The notes: a model not told the origin generated them from the sequence alone. A stretch of 62,971 bases of DNA from Aplysia californica (GCF_000002075.1 NW_004797741.1:436822-499792), one strand, 5' to 3'; counted from the first letter of the stretch, positions 25,501-40,500 are shown. Made by a program: numbers and translations.

Positions 25501-28500
25501 TTTTCACATAATATAAAAGGCTATGTATCTCACACCTTCAGATAGCACTTCTCCATGTGTCTGAGGGCACCCTTTTGACTGACTTCACTACCACAAGTCA
25601 CACAGTAAATGCTCAGCTCTGTGTCCTCATCCTGCTCAGCACCCTGTTTAATGAAGAAAGAAAAAATGGAAATGATGCAAAATGCAGAGAAATCCTGTAG
25701 CAAATCATTTAAAAGATACAAAACAAAATGAGTTTTACATCACATGAAAAGGAGTCGTAACAACCTTTTCTGTTCTATATTACCGGTAATGAAAAAAATA
25801 TATCTGCATGGGAGTACAGCTTTAATTTCTTTGTTGTAGCAATAAGTGGGGCAAAGAATAAAAAAAATATGAGAGCATTATTAACCAGGTTAGCATTTAG
25901 ACAATCAATGCTTTTTTTTTCTAATTCTGTTGAGGAACACTTTGCCCCTTTCTTCTCCCCCTCCCCCCCCCCCATAATAATCATGTAATCATGTCAAAAC
26001 CTTTCACCCAAATTACTAAAAGCAATAGTGGCTACATTCACAATTAATTCAAGTAACTCTTTTGTTAACACTTTGAGGTCACTTGGCGTATTAATGTGTT
26101 GGTGAAAATTATCCGTTTTGGTCACCTGGCGCAGTTCTGCGTCAGGCCCGAGAAGTCTGTTGCAGTCATTCTCCTGGCTGGGTGACTAGATGGGGTTCTC
26201 TGTACTGCTGGCTGTGTGACTATAAACTGTTAACTCACTTGCGACTGGGCCCTTTCACCAGTCACAAGCGTTGAAGACTGGCGTTTTGGGGGGTATTTCA
26301 ATAAATCACCACAACTCTCAGAATTACCCTATTGTAATCATTTTTTGACACAGTAAAGTAAAATTCAAGCTTAATCTAATACAAAAAACTAAAGTTGTCT
26401 AAGTCTAATACTTTAATTTGTATGATATTTTAAAAATTGGCATGAATTTGATTTTCGAAAAATTTCCAGAGACGTGACAAGTAGAATGAAATTCACTGCA
26501 ACAACAAAAATAAAAGTTCAAAGTGTTCTGGTTTGATTTGTATACATGTGCAAGTGTTTGGTGGAAATATAAAAGCTGGTCTGTGAATTGATTCAGACCC
26601 ATACACTGAATTACATGAGACAGATGTACGGCACGACGTTGTGATTTCGTTGCGCGAAAAACAACACCGGTACTAGTGCTAGATCTAGCCCTAGAACTAC
26701 GACTCGGGCCGTGTTCGGGTACATATCCAGGATCCTAACTATTAGACACATCATATTCTGAGACACTAGAACTAGTAAAACGCACAGAAGTATAGAAAAC
26801 GGCGAAATTATGTGATTCTTGTTCATGCGATTTCTTCGACCATTACTACGACGCGACTGTCGGATTACTATGAGCTGTATAGAAAAAAACAAAGCGCGAG
26901 TTCCGGTCTGTTCAGCCCCAGTTGGGGTCACTGTCCTTCACCTTCAATAACTTAAAAACTACCGGCCCCAGAGATACGAAACGAAGTCTAAGTAGCTCAG
27001 GCTTGGCCAAACACGGGTCTCGCGATCCGTGCGTGATTTGTAGAGCGAAAAAAAAATTCCAAAGTTGGTCACGCAGGGCTTGTGAGACCCGTCGCGAGCG
27101 TCATGGCGGGGGTCACGCAACTGTTGTGTGACCCGTCTGAAGTGAGTTAAAATACATCACAGTCACTGAAATCTGCAAAACTACCTTTCAGAAAATAATT
27201 GAATAGCCTGTGACAGATACCTCTCTGGAATAATAATATAGCAATCGGAAACTGATCACGCTGACCACACACCTCCTGTTCTGCCACCACAGAGAGATGT
27301 TTTCCTCGCTCCACTAGGGCATCCAGCTCTTGAATCTTCAGGTCCAGCTGGCGGAGTTTTAGTCGAGCCTCAATCGTTTCTTGACGCAGTTGCTCTAAAA
27401 GTTTTTTGTTGTTATCTTCTCCAACACATGGACTGCTGTGCCACTGCTGAATTCTGGACGGTAGGATTTCGTAGATACGGCTGAATGATAAAAAAAACAT
27501 TTTTAAGAAAAGGCAATTTGATTCCATTTCGAGCCGTTGTCTTCAAACATGAAATCTACAGACATGTACATCAAAAGCCCTAATGAGAAATAAGATATTC
27601 ATGCAAATGTGTTTACAAAGGATAAGGTGATAAATAGTTTACATTACAGGTCAAATTCTTAAGAAGCTGGTTAGCTCAGAAAATTAAGTCTGTGATAGGC
27701 AACAGCACAAGAAATAGACTTTAGAGACCATCCATAAAAAAATATATTGATAGAATTAAAAAGGTCTTAAAATAAATATAGACATAATACTGAATAATAG
27801 TAATTTTAGTGAACAAAAATCTTCTGCTTTGTCTCCAAATTTCCCCACTCTGACCATCAACTAGCTTCCAACGCTTTTTTTCACTGAAAACAAGACAAAC
27901 GAACCAGCTTTAAGATGATACCAATACCTCCACATGCCCCAAATCTGACGAGCGCCTGATTCCACCGTGTCGTGACACAAATCGTTTATTACATTACACT
28001 GGTCAACAATGAAAAAGACTTGAAAAAAAAAGATGTTGAATCCTATGGAATTTGATAAGCTGATTCCAAATATGTTGTGTGACAGTGATGGTCAAAAACA
28101 GCAGTGTACCTCTTTGCTAGCTTCATCCCGCACTCATCTGAACAATATTTGGAGCCAAGCCTGGCCGGCTCTATGCACGCTGGGCCATAGCACTGTCTGG
28201 GCATGTCGTCATCTGTTTCAAGAGCATCATCAACTTCTGTACGTCTCCTTGATAAACTTGACTTCTGACGACTTTTCTGTGAATTAATAGCACACTACAG
28301 ATCGTCAAGACCATGCAGTGAATATGTCTTTTTTAAACATCTGAGCACAAATTAATATGATTTAACTGACAAAAAAATTACAGCAAAGAAATAAGAGGCA
28401 AAGAATCTAGGGAAACTTGGAAAAGTCTGCAGACTGCTACAATGTACTGCTGTGGAAAAACCATCAGGGCACAATTCACAAATCTATCCAACTGTTATTT

Positions 28501-31500
28501 CATTATTACCCCAAGAAAAAGTCAGAGCGAGGCTTAAAGCAAAACATCCAACATGCACGGTCAGCTGACAAAGGTGGTTTTCTTCATGAGCAATATCTTA
28601 TTTTAACATTGTTCCACCTCTCAATTAATATACGATAGCAGCATTCAGCAACAGGACAAAGAGCTCTCTAATACTAACTACAGCACAAGACAAAGTTTTC
28701 TAATATTTTTTGTCAGTGAAACAAACTAACGTTGATGAAACTAATTCCTGCATACCTAACAAAAATTAAACATTTCATTACCTGAGGCTTTTCCGGTGTT
28801 TTCTTGCCTTTTTCTTTACTTTTCACCTTCTTTTTATCTTTCTTTTTCTTTGGAGATGCTTCAGACGAGCTTGTTCGTCTTTCACGTTTCTTCGGTGCCA
28901 CTTTGACATTTTCATATGCCTCTTCCTCGTCAAAGTCATCTCTACAAGACAAAAGAACAGAAAAACATATTTAACAATGTGAACAGAAATAAGGACAAAA
29001 AATATCGCTCATTAAGGACATAACTTCCACTGAAGCAATTTCAATTTCTAGGATATTCAATCTAAAGCTTAAACCAAATCTTGACCAGAAGGCTACATCC
29101 CAGTGCAAAAAAAAATCCCTACAGACAATATCGGACACTTCTTATTAGATGACACTTCCATAATATTGTCATGCAGCGCCGTATATATAGCTGCTTCACA
29201 ATGCAATTTCTGTTTTTGAAATACAAATATCTTATGGGAAGTCAACATCCTGACTTGTCAAAAGAATTCATGATCTCCAATGATAAGTGCTGATTCAAAG
29301 TGACAAGGCCAATAAGGACAAAAACACAATAAGAAAAAAATTCTAATAAGCACCATCTAGTCATAAAATTATAACAGACTTCAACCCTGCTGAATGAGAT
29401 AAAATTTAGACAAATACAATACTTTGGTGACTTAAAATGACATGAGACCATCATGAAAGAGGTGCTTGAAGGAGGGATGTGGGAGCTTTACTTTTTTTTT
29501 AGTAAGGTTTTATAGTGCTCGCAACTGCATAAGGTCATATGAGCGCCAAGGGGTGGATGTCAATAGAGAAGTCCAAACTGGGAATCAGGCTTACTCTGCT
29601 CACCTCTCTAGCCTCAACAGCACAAGGTCTGCTTCGAATATCAAGGCACCCCGGAAAAAGCAGTTCACAAGAGAGTGACAAATACACAAAAGAAGTAGAG
29701 GAAAAAATGACGATAGTAAGGATGAGTAAAGACAAAGCAGCAGTTCCCCCTATGTTGTTGCGGCACAGTATGAGCATGATATTGATAAATCAGCCCATTT
29801 GCAATTCTACTGTGCATAAGAAGAACATGTTTACATCCCCCTTTTGGGAATAGCCTAAAGACAACTTCAGTCAGTGGCACTGCCCTGGTGGGGGCAGGAG
29901 AGCCAGGGGAAGACGAAGAGTAATATGGATGGACATCATAAGAAGATGGATTGGCCTGGCTATAGCAGGGTGGAGGTTCCTTATACGTCAACCTCTGAGT
30001 CAGAGATGACACCTCCAGGTATAATAGACTTCATCATATCTCCAATTAAATTACAACAAACATTGTTTACAAAAAACTGTAACACCACAGCTGTAAGAAC
30101 TCACTCAAAGTCAGACAAATCAGTAACTGCTCTTTCTGAACCAGTGTCCGTGGCAACAGATCCTTTATCGCTTGTGGAGATTCCCTGGACATAAAAAAAA
30201 AAGAAAGTTAAAAAACATCTCTTCTAAATTGCTTTCAACACTTGGTTGGGTTTTTAACTTCACAAAAAAATGGATTTTGTTTCTCTGTGAAAATAACTAA
30301 TTTCTAAGCATTATGAGGCATGTATAAGGTGAAGTTTGACACAAGCAGAGAAAGACCACAAAACCCCAAATATACAGCATATATTGGGCCAAGTACAATC
30401 TCACAGGTTCAGTTCCAAGCCCCCGAACAGCTTCCATTACATTCTTTTAGAAGATGTCAAAACGTATTTGTATTTATTCTTTTTTAAAAAGCAACAATTT
30501 TTAACAGTGTGAATTGTAGTAATGACAAAAGCTATCGCTCAATAAGAACACAACTCCACCTTGAAGTGCATTCAAGTTCTAGAACATTTAAAGAGTACAA
30601 AGAAAAGAGTTAACCATATATCCAAGTGCAAAAATATCCTTTGAGACAACATCAATAACTATAACCATATATCCAAGTGCAAAAATATCCTTTGAGACAA
30701 CATCAATAACTATAACCATATATCCAAGTGCAAAAATATCCTTTGAGACAACATCAATAACTATAACCATATATCCAAGTGCAAAAATATCCTTTGAGAC
30801 AACATCAATAACTATATCACAATATCTAGGCTTTAGCCTAGCATCTGCGTTTGTTGCCATTATTTTTTTCCAAAAGTAGCCCAAAAAATGGCAAAAGTTG
30901 CCATAAAAGTTGCCATTAATTTTCAAACTTTCAACTCTCGGTGATGACGCATAGCAAATGTTGATAGAGGCAACTTCATCTAAAACACCAGAATTTCTTT
31001 TGCTCTGTTTTAAGCATCCAGAATATCATTTGCTGCATTTTGCAGCCACGCAGTAGTTTTAGTGGAGGTTTTACGGTGCTCGCAACTGCAAAAGGTCATA
31101 TGAGCACCAGAAGAATAGAGGTGTTACAAGAGAGTATCAAACATAAAAAAGAAGAAGGGGAGAAAAGGACGATAGATGTTTCATAGGAAAGAATAAGCAA
31201 ACTACACCAGAGCACCCGCCAACCACCCACACACTGAGCATTAAAACGTGAAAAATAAAGGTTTCACAACAGAATGAAATCAAAATTAGAACAGCAAATA
31301 AACAACCACAAAAATTAACAAATAAGGGCGTGTGTCAACCCGTCCATAGACTGGCTGTTTTAACCCTAAATGCATATAATTCAAGAAAAAGTACAGGATC
31401 TAACATGTAGATCATGGAATCACACACAAGGGGCCTGCCAGTGTCAGAATTCGTTTTTGGAGGAGACACGCTGTAATTAACATAACACATTTTTTTTAAA

Positions 31501-34500
31501 AAGGTAGGAAGAACATTACGTTATATAAACACACACAAAAATGGAAAATCAACACATTGGAACAATAACGAGAAAAAAATTAATTAACACACCAACAAAA
31601 TAAAACACAACAAAGAGGGAAACATGAAAGAGAAACAGCAATATAAATACAGTAGTCTCCGCTTAAGATCCCGGTGCTCGGGAGCAAAGAAATGCGGGAT
31701 CTTAGGCGAACCGGGATCTTAACCGACGAACCCAGGAAAGAATCTATGGTGACCCATGTTAATGCTCACAATCGGTAAAATGGTCTCCCTCCACTCTAAA
31801 ATGAACTGACGTGACCCCTTGGTGGGTTTATGGCATATGGCGAGCGAAGAGTGGTTAACCTTGATGACCTATCAAAGTGCATAGTGGGATGAGGCGTGCC
31901 ATTTTCACTTATTATCCTATTATGAGTCTCAAGATCTACGCTTATCCAGTTGCCCATCCCCTTTATCTGCTGAAAATTTATAGCTTTCCATCTCTGACCG
32001 TGCCCCCCCCCCCACCCCCCCAACCACCTTTTTCGTTACACCCCATTACGTTGTGAACACACCAATCAAAATTCAGTCTGTCTCGCAAATTCGGGAGTAG
32101 AGACAACGGCTGCAATGGTCAAGGAAGAGTTCACGGTTCGATGTGATCCTGCCTGGAGGGAATGTGTAGGCCCTACCCTCCCAACAAGTGATGTAAGTTT
32201 AGGGGGAAAGCTCAGGCATGAGTGCGATTCGTGGGGAAAACAAACGTGTTGGTCAGTTCACACCCCAGTGTGATTCCGTCTGGGGCAAACATTGTATCGC
32301 TTCATCGAGTTTTACAACGTGTATGTGATCACATTCACGATAGTGGCTGATCTTTGGCGGGAAAGACAGTTTATTGATCTAAACTTTTCACTCTTGGCTG
32401 TCCCGCCCGGGTTTTTGTTCCGCAAATTATGATCTGAAATGCGGGATCTTAGCCGAATGTAGACCTTCAAAGTGAATCAGAGAGGGATCTTAGGAGTGAC
32501 TTTTGTATAGCAAAAATTATGTTTTCTTAAAACAGCGGGATCTTAAGCGAACAGGGATCTTAAGCGGTGGAATCTTAGGCAGAGACCACTGTAGTATGTA
32601 ATGTAGCCTATTTATATTCTTCACAAGAAAATTACAAATCAACGTTGTGTTAACAAGTGAGAAAGAGACGAAGTGAAGCGAAAGTGAAAATAAACTTTCT
32701 TTCTAAAAGTAAAGAGATTTGGTTGGGGGGTTTTTTCACGAATATTATTCCCAGTTTTCGCTGCTGTTGTTTTTAAATTTTTTTTTCTTTCTGGCGGTGA
32801 TATATTTGTAGGAAAAATGCAAAAATCGCGGCCGCGATTCGCGGGTACAAACGCTGATGCTAGTTTAACCCACAAGTAACAAGCTGGAAGAGAGTCAGTC
32901 AGTGAGCTATGCTTCATTTTACAAGAAGCAACTAATTACTTATTATGACTTCAAAAAAAAAAAACAGCTAGGAAAACGAATGTAAGGCTAGCTCTGTCAG
33001 TAAGGAACAATAGACAAGCACACTCACATAGTTCGTGCACTGCCGGAGTCTACACTTCTGGCGCAATTTGTTGATGCCTCCAAACTTTCTCATGTCCTGC
33101 AAGAAATGGGGAAAACAGGAAAGCAATGATAGTATCATCCAGCTCTTTCAAGAAATTATTTCTTATTGGATTAAAACCATTAAAGTGAAAACAAGGAAAG
33201 AGTCCAAAGGTGCCATAATTAAAACTTCGAAACTTGAAAGTAAAAACTGTAGTTTTGAGAAATCACTCAGGATAATATTAATAGAGCCAACAGCTGGTCC
33301 GTTTTCATGATGTTTTTTCCTCAAAAAGAACCTGTAAGTGTTTCCAGTTGAAACAAATGCATTTAACACCTTGCAGTCACACAATCAGCAGTACAAAACA
33401 CCCCATCTGGTCACCCAGCCAGGAGACCGACTGCAGGGGACTTCTCGGGCCTGGCGCAGAAGTGCGCCAGGTAACTGGAACGCATAATTTTCACCAGCGC
33501 ATTATTGCACCAAGTAACTGCAAAGTGTTAATTAGGTTCATTTTTCTGCCCAATGAATTTTTAAAAAATGAAACAACAAAAACAAAAACTTGTCACACTA
33601 AAACATAAGTAATAAAATATTTTCACTAAACAAATGAAGGAGCTCTTGGGCTTAAAAAAACATCTAAAAAAAAATTTAATTAATGGCAAGCAAAAGACAA
33701 CTATCCATAAGTATCTCTATTCGCGTACTTACCTTACAGAAATCACATCTGCCACAGTCCTCGTTCCTGTGACAAGCACTGCATTCACCACATCGTCGGG
33801 TCGTCCGACTTTTTGCCATCTGTAAAAGTGACATTGGAAGAAAGAATACACATGTCATTTTTCTTTTACTACAAAAGGCATTTTAAGGGCATCAACTCAA
33901 AACTTATTTTTAGTAAAAGCATACTGCTCTCAAACAAAGAGATAAGAAAAACCAAGCAACACAAAGATACTCTTTAAACAGCAAAAAATACTTTTCCAAC
34001 TTGGGGCAAATATATGCTGAAATAGCATTTTCAAGAAAAGTTAAGAATCTTGGCATCTATTTTGATTCCAGTTTGTCAATGTCGGCTAAGGTAAATCATC
34101 TGATCAGCTGCATGTATTTAGAAATAAGAAAAATTAATAAAATATGTCATCTGATCAATACTACATATACTGCTTTACAAGTTTTATCAAGACTTGATTA
34201 TTGTAACTCCTTGTTAGCAGGAATATCACTGGAGAAAGTTAGCAGACTTCAAACAGTCCAAAACAATGTAGCACGCTTAGTTTTATGGAAAAGAAAACGA
34301 GACTCTGCTACACCTCTTTTACAGACATTGCATTGGCTTCCTGTTGAGAAAAGAGCTGAGTACAAGTTGGCCAACCTATATCACAAATGTTTGAATGATA
34401 ATGCGCCATCATATTTATTAAGACTGTACATTCCAACTCCCAGTTTAAGGTCATCAGCTGACAAAAAGAAATTTCTTTAACCATCTATGAAACTTTAAAC

Positions 34501-37500
34501 AATGGGTGAAAGAGCATTTGAATATCAAGGCCTCAAGATCTGGAATGCTTTGCCAAGTACTTTAAGAGATATCAAATCTTTTGATGCATTCAAATGTCAG
34601 ATGAAGTCATCTGTTTTTAAATTAATAAGATGAATATTTGGAGTGACTTTCTTTGGGGCAGAACGTTTTGTTACTGTAGTACATTGTATTCTATTGTAAA
34701 GTGCTCAGAGCCTGTGTACTTTATCGGGGCTGAGCACTTTATATAAATGTCATTTATTATTATTAAGAATATAAAAACTATTTGTATAACTTTCAAAGTT
34801 TGATTTTTTTCCCTGAGAAAGGGGAGGGGGAAACCATTCTTCTCTGAAATAATGAAAAGCTGACATAGAGGATTGAAGTAATTAATGAGAGGAGTAAAGT
34901 ACTGGGTCTCCAGTACCAGATTCGGGATGTTGACATTTCTCGTGTAAGCAACAAACATAAAGCCTATTGTTTCTTGAAACTACAAAGATTTAAATATTCT
35001 TTTAGGGAGAAATTCTGTTAACAGAGAAAAAGAAATAGAATAAAAAACAAATTGTGACCATGGTACAGCTTTGTGTAAACCATTTAAATTGTGATAGATA
35101 CTTTTATATGCTTCTTGGAAAAAGAAAGTGATTGTGTAACACATTCCATTTGAAAAAAAAAATGATCTGATTCAGCTCAATATTACCATATTATTATTAT
35201 GAATATGATTACATGAACGAGAAATAAGTTCAGCAGAAGATCCAGTACAGAAGAAGAGTTAACAACGGCCATACCATTTTCTCCCTCAGCTTCGACCTGT
35301 ATTCTTTGTGATGCTTGTCAAATCTCTCCTGGTCACTGGATTCACTCACTCTCTTTTCCTTCTTTTTGTTTTTGTACTGAATTTCAAGACTGGGATTCCG
35401 AGCTAGCAAAGACACATCAGACCATTTTAAAGAACATGAGAGGCATGACACAAACCGATCTAAATAATCAGATTTCAAAATGGAAATTTGAACATTACTT
35501 CATTAACAAAACAGAAAATAGCAAACCAACTGATAGAAGAATACTAGTTGTGTAATCATGAAAGAACATAGATTTCAATCCCCAGGAACATTAAGGCAAT
35601 AGATATAAAGAACAGACAAAACGAAAGAAATTTATACAATATCTCACTCACTACCAGCCATTTTCAGGGTCATTATTCCCTGTGTACCAGCCATTTTAAG
35701 GGCAATTTTTAAAATTCACTGTGCTTTTGCTAATTAACATAGAGACTTGAAATTTGAAACATTGTTTTTTAACATAATAAAGATTGCCCTGGTGAAATAA
35801 CAACTTTGTTTTATGGTGACCTTTTTTTTCACAAGTTTTCAAAAATTGGTCAAAAACTGTTTTCCCTTTGTGTTTCTTACTCAAGCCTTTTCCCACTACT
35901 GCAACCCTAGATCTAGGTATTGGAGGCCCTACTAAACCTTACTCTTCTTTGCCTACTTTGGTGGTTCGTAAGAAGGATCATTAATTTCCCCACCCAGTCC
36001 TTCATAACAATCTTCGACCAATTCATCGATTTCCGAGTTACTTTCGCAGTCAAAGTTTGAAAACTGTCAAAGACAAGCAATCTGCCATTGTTGGAAACGT
36101 AATGGTAAATTCAGTTCTAATGGCGGTTGTCATAAAAGTCATTAACTCAACTTGCGCTCATCTGATTTCGTTTCGTTTGTTTCTAATGAAAGATAACTGA
36201 ATGGGATAAGAAAAAGACGCACCAGTACCGCAAACAGTGCGGTTTTAACGTGAGAAAAACATTCCAAAGAGTGAAACCGCAAGGGTTGAGGGTGTGGTAT
36301 CATGGCGTCGGAGCTACTTTTATCCACAACAGTTGCGGGTGTGGTTGCGGGTGAGACATTCCATTTTCACATATCATTATTAAAAAACACAAGGGGGGGC
36401 AGGGAAGGAGAAATTGATTTCTTATTATTTCCAAACGATAGTTGCATGGAAAAGTAAATAGTTATTCTTCATCATGAACTGGAATATAACGCTTTAGAAA
36501 AATTAAACACCCTTTTCTGTTCCCATTTTGAGTTTTCAATTGTTAAACTGCAGCTGGAACATCAGGAAAGACAAAATACAGAGATAAATCAATCTTGAAC
36601 TGTTCAGTTGTCACATAAGTACCTGCTGATTACACACACATGCTATGTCAATTTGCAAATTCATGCAGCACACTTACCTCGACATGCATCACAGTAGTAA
36701 CGCTTAATGGACCTGGCATCCAACTGGGTCACACCTATACAGTCACCATGGTACCATTCTTCACAGTGATCACATCCACTGAGAAATAAAAATCCAAGAT
36801 GTTCAGACAGTAGCACTTGTACAAAAACAAAAGTAAAAGTATAAAAAAAAGCTTAAACAGGTCACAGCCACAAATTCTTAAAGAAACAAACAACAAAATA
36901 AAATGCACAAGTGCACTACATATATTAGAAATTCGAATACCTTTTAATATGAAACTTTCACTTTTGTGATTAACAAGGCATCAATGATTCATTTTCTGAG
37001 TTTTTCATGTACTTATGCACTGAAGGTAAATCTTTCCAAAAGTCTTGTTTGTGTGAGACCCTTCTTTCAGACTTTGCCACATTCATAAACCAAACAAGAT
37101 GTAAGCAAGGCATACAACGTGTACATTTAAATTTAATGCTTTCAGTGTAATCTGGACAGGATACACAATGCGAAAAGATTTTGAAGCAGTAAAACTAGAA
37201 CTGAAGACTATATTTCATTCATGGATAAGCAGGTTTGAGGTACAGGACTCAAACAAAGACTAGTAAAGACTCACATCATAAACCTTTCACAGTCTGAAGA
37301 GCGGCAGATACAGTACAGGGTGTCCCCGACATCACCAGTGGCTTGCTCCATGGCTTTGATCAGTAAGTTTACTTTAGCTTGTCTTTCCGGCAGCACAAAC
37401 TTATGAGCAATCTCCCCCTTTTTCTCCTTTTTCTATAAAAGACAAAGTTGAAAAAAGGAAGCACATAAAAATCATAACAATATTAACGACCACAATCAGC

Positions 37501-40500
37501 TCTTCATTTTCCAGTTCTATCTTAACATTGACAATCTTTATAAATTGAATGAATATATTCTGATAATCTCAAGTTTTGCTCGGAAGGGGGGGGGGGGGTT
37601 GAGAAAAAGAAATATTGTATAAAAATTGTTTTAAAGTGTCATATTAAAACTAGTATTGCATTTTAACTGCCTAGCCAACTATGTCTATCCTGGGTTACTA
37701 AACGGGGAAAAAAACTCTGATTTAATTCATTTCATCATATTCTCAAACTGTAAGGCACAGTAAACATACACTTAGCTATTCTAAACAGAACGCAAGAAGT
37801 AAGTGTATGCAAAACACTTGCTTTCCCCCAAAATCAAACTTTCTGATTGGCAGTGTAAATCATGAGTAAATGCATCATAATGAATTTTTAATACTAAATG
37901 GTCTTTACTACAATACTCGTTTGAGAAGCATAATAAACGTGAACATTACTTTTTTTAGCATCTTAGCTTTTTAGCCTAAGCTGGGGGGTTTTCTGTCACT
38001 GCAAAAATGTTAAAGTAATCCCTCCGTCTTCATACACACTTCTTGACCAAGAGCAAAACATTTGGATTATAATGGTGTTGATGATAAGTCTTTCTGAAAC
38101 AAGATACCAGTGCCATGATAGTAGAGAGGCTCAACAAAAACAAAGGGAAGTATATTTTACTTCCACCCCACTCACTGTTTTTTCCTTTCTGGGTGCAGTG
38201 GCAGGCAGTAACACAGAAGATATATGACAAGCCCTTTACCTATTAACGCACATAGTACATGTACACACAACTTTTACTTTCAACTCAATTTTGTGAAACT
38301 TTTTTTTTTTTTTTTCAAGTGACAATTCCCCTCAGATCGTATAATATACGAAAGAGAGCACAGAGCCTTCCTTCAAAAGAGATGTATGATTATTATGTGA
38401 GTTAAAAAGAATTTTGGGGCTCTCATAGTCTAGAGGTTCGGTGTTCACCTCTCAATCAATAGGACCCGGGTTCAAAACCTGACAGCGAGCAAACATTTTC
38501 TCCTCTCTCATCTTTTCCTGGTCTCTAGTCCTATTCTGTCACCTGCTTTCACCTTCACTTCCTACCCGAGCCTTCTCATGGCTTTCTCCCCCTTTAATCT
38601 TCACTCTTCATACTGTTCTCCCGGTTCCTTCTTATTGCTGTCTTTCAGACATACCTCTGATCTTACGGCAGGTAAGATCTAACACCTCTAACCTTCTCGG
38701 ATAAGGGCAAGAAAATCTCAGGAGGTCAAGTGAGCAGGTTGCCCACGTTAAAGATACCTATAAAATTGGTCTTAAAATTAATAAGAAGAGTAGACTTTGT
38801 TGGCCACCACCGAGGCAAAAAATCAAAATTCAATAACTGAAAATACTCTTCTAATCACTTGTTCGTGTATAAAAACATGAGAGTACTTCCAAACTCAGAA
38901 TGAGGCTGCCAGATGGCGAGGGGCCCTACAAGTGGGAAAAATAATCATATAGGCCTAAAAACCAGTTGCATTGCAGGTACAAGAACTAGCAATCAATTCC
39001 CCTCAGATCTAAATCTAGCAGGGGAATGCAAAAAGAAAGAGAAGAATTTCAAAAGGAAAGGGCAAAAGTGATAATACCCTCCAACTGAATTAATTATTGT
39101 TTTTAATGTTGTTAAGAGAGATTCCATGATGAAGCCCACACTAAAGGTATAGCCTGTTGGGCTAGATTATATCAAGACCCACCTAAGACAAGATACCAGT
39201 ACTATTTTATTGGGGAAGCGGCACGGGTGAGAATAAAAATACGAACACCTCTAATCTCGGGTGAGACTTGCCAGCATTGGCTATTCTCACCAGGTGTAAA
39301 ACAAAACCTGTTTTTCCTTATAATTTACTGAATACTGTCTATCGGTGTGGCTGATCGAATTGACAAAAACAAAGAAACAAACGATGTTATAGCACAAAAG
39401 TAAACTAATTTGGTCGTCTACAAAGACTTTGGCCATTTCACTTTTCGAATCGAGCCGAACTACGCCGGTCGCCATTTTGTTTTGCCCGAAAGTTCTTGCT
39501 ACTCTCTCTCTCACTCCATCTCTTTCTCCCCTCTCTCTCACTCACTGCCTGCAGCCAAAATTGCACGCTTTCAACACAAGAGCGCTGGAACCTTTGTTGA
39601 TTACACTGGTATCACGGTGAATGTACACCGGATGAGAATAGCCAAAAGGCTCGCCCTCTCACCAAGAGTGATCGGCCTGAGTCGATGACCTAAGCTGTGA
39701 ACACACACCAAGTGAGAATAGCCAAAAGGCTCACCCTCTCATCCTGGATGAGAGACCTACAACTGCACTATTCTAGAGGTGGCCTTTTACTTTTATAGGA
39801 CAGAGAATTGAGAATGCAATCTTACAACCACAAATTGAAAGGAAAGACTTCCGTAACGAGCGACCACCCCAACAAACACTATAAAGAATAAAGAAGCGAC
39901 CTAACCCTGACCCAAACCCTACTCCTACACATTCCAATCTGTCTCATAGTGGTCGCTCGTTACAGAAGTCCTCCCAATTGAAAGGTACAGTACGTAGACA
40001 TAGATTCTAGATTTAGACTCTAGATCTAGATTAGTAGATCTTTAGATCTCTAGATTTTATATTGTGGTCATCTATCTACTTTTGTAGTTGGATTTGTAGG
40101 ACACATTTTAATTGTAGGCCTCCATGTAGCTATTGTTTATCATTGTTTATACAAACTAGAATCTAGATTATATCTAGTCTAGATCCAGATCTATACTTAG
40201 ATTTAGACTTAGCCTTTACTGGCCTATTAGCCTACTTATAAAATTTTAATAAAACTAAAATACATTAAAATCATTTCATTTGATTTGTATCATAGTATCA
40301 TACCAAACCAGTGGCTCACCACATCCAGTCCAGACAATGCTCACTCTAACTCTAAGGATAAAAATGTAACAAATCTTCTGCTATTTTGAACTAATTTCCA
40401 CTCAAACGGTGTTCTCAATCTGGTTTTTTGTATCGCATGCACAACCGGTTGCACTATGAATTACAGTCGATTAGTATTGAACCTCCACTGGCAACTATTG

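Noticed and set aside
29665-30012. 115-aa Pro/Ser/Tyr-rich minus-strand ORF as an extra CXXC1 exon
   Set aside because: Exons 7 and 8 already join in frame, there is no convincing splice pair, and over half the ORF lies in a retroposon copy.
38416-38495. tRNA gene (also at 41846-41920)
   Set aside because: The stems are degenerate and run into a shared SINE body, so these are SINE heads.
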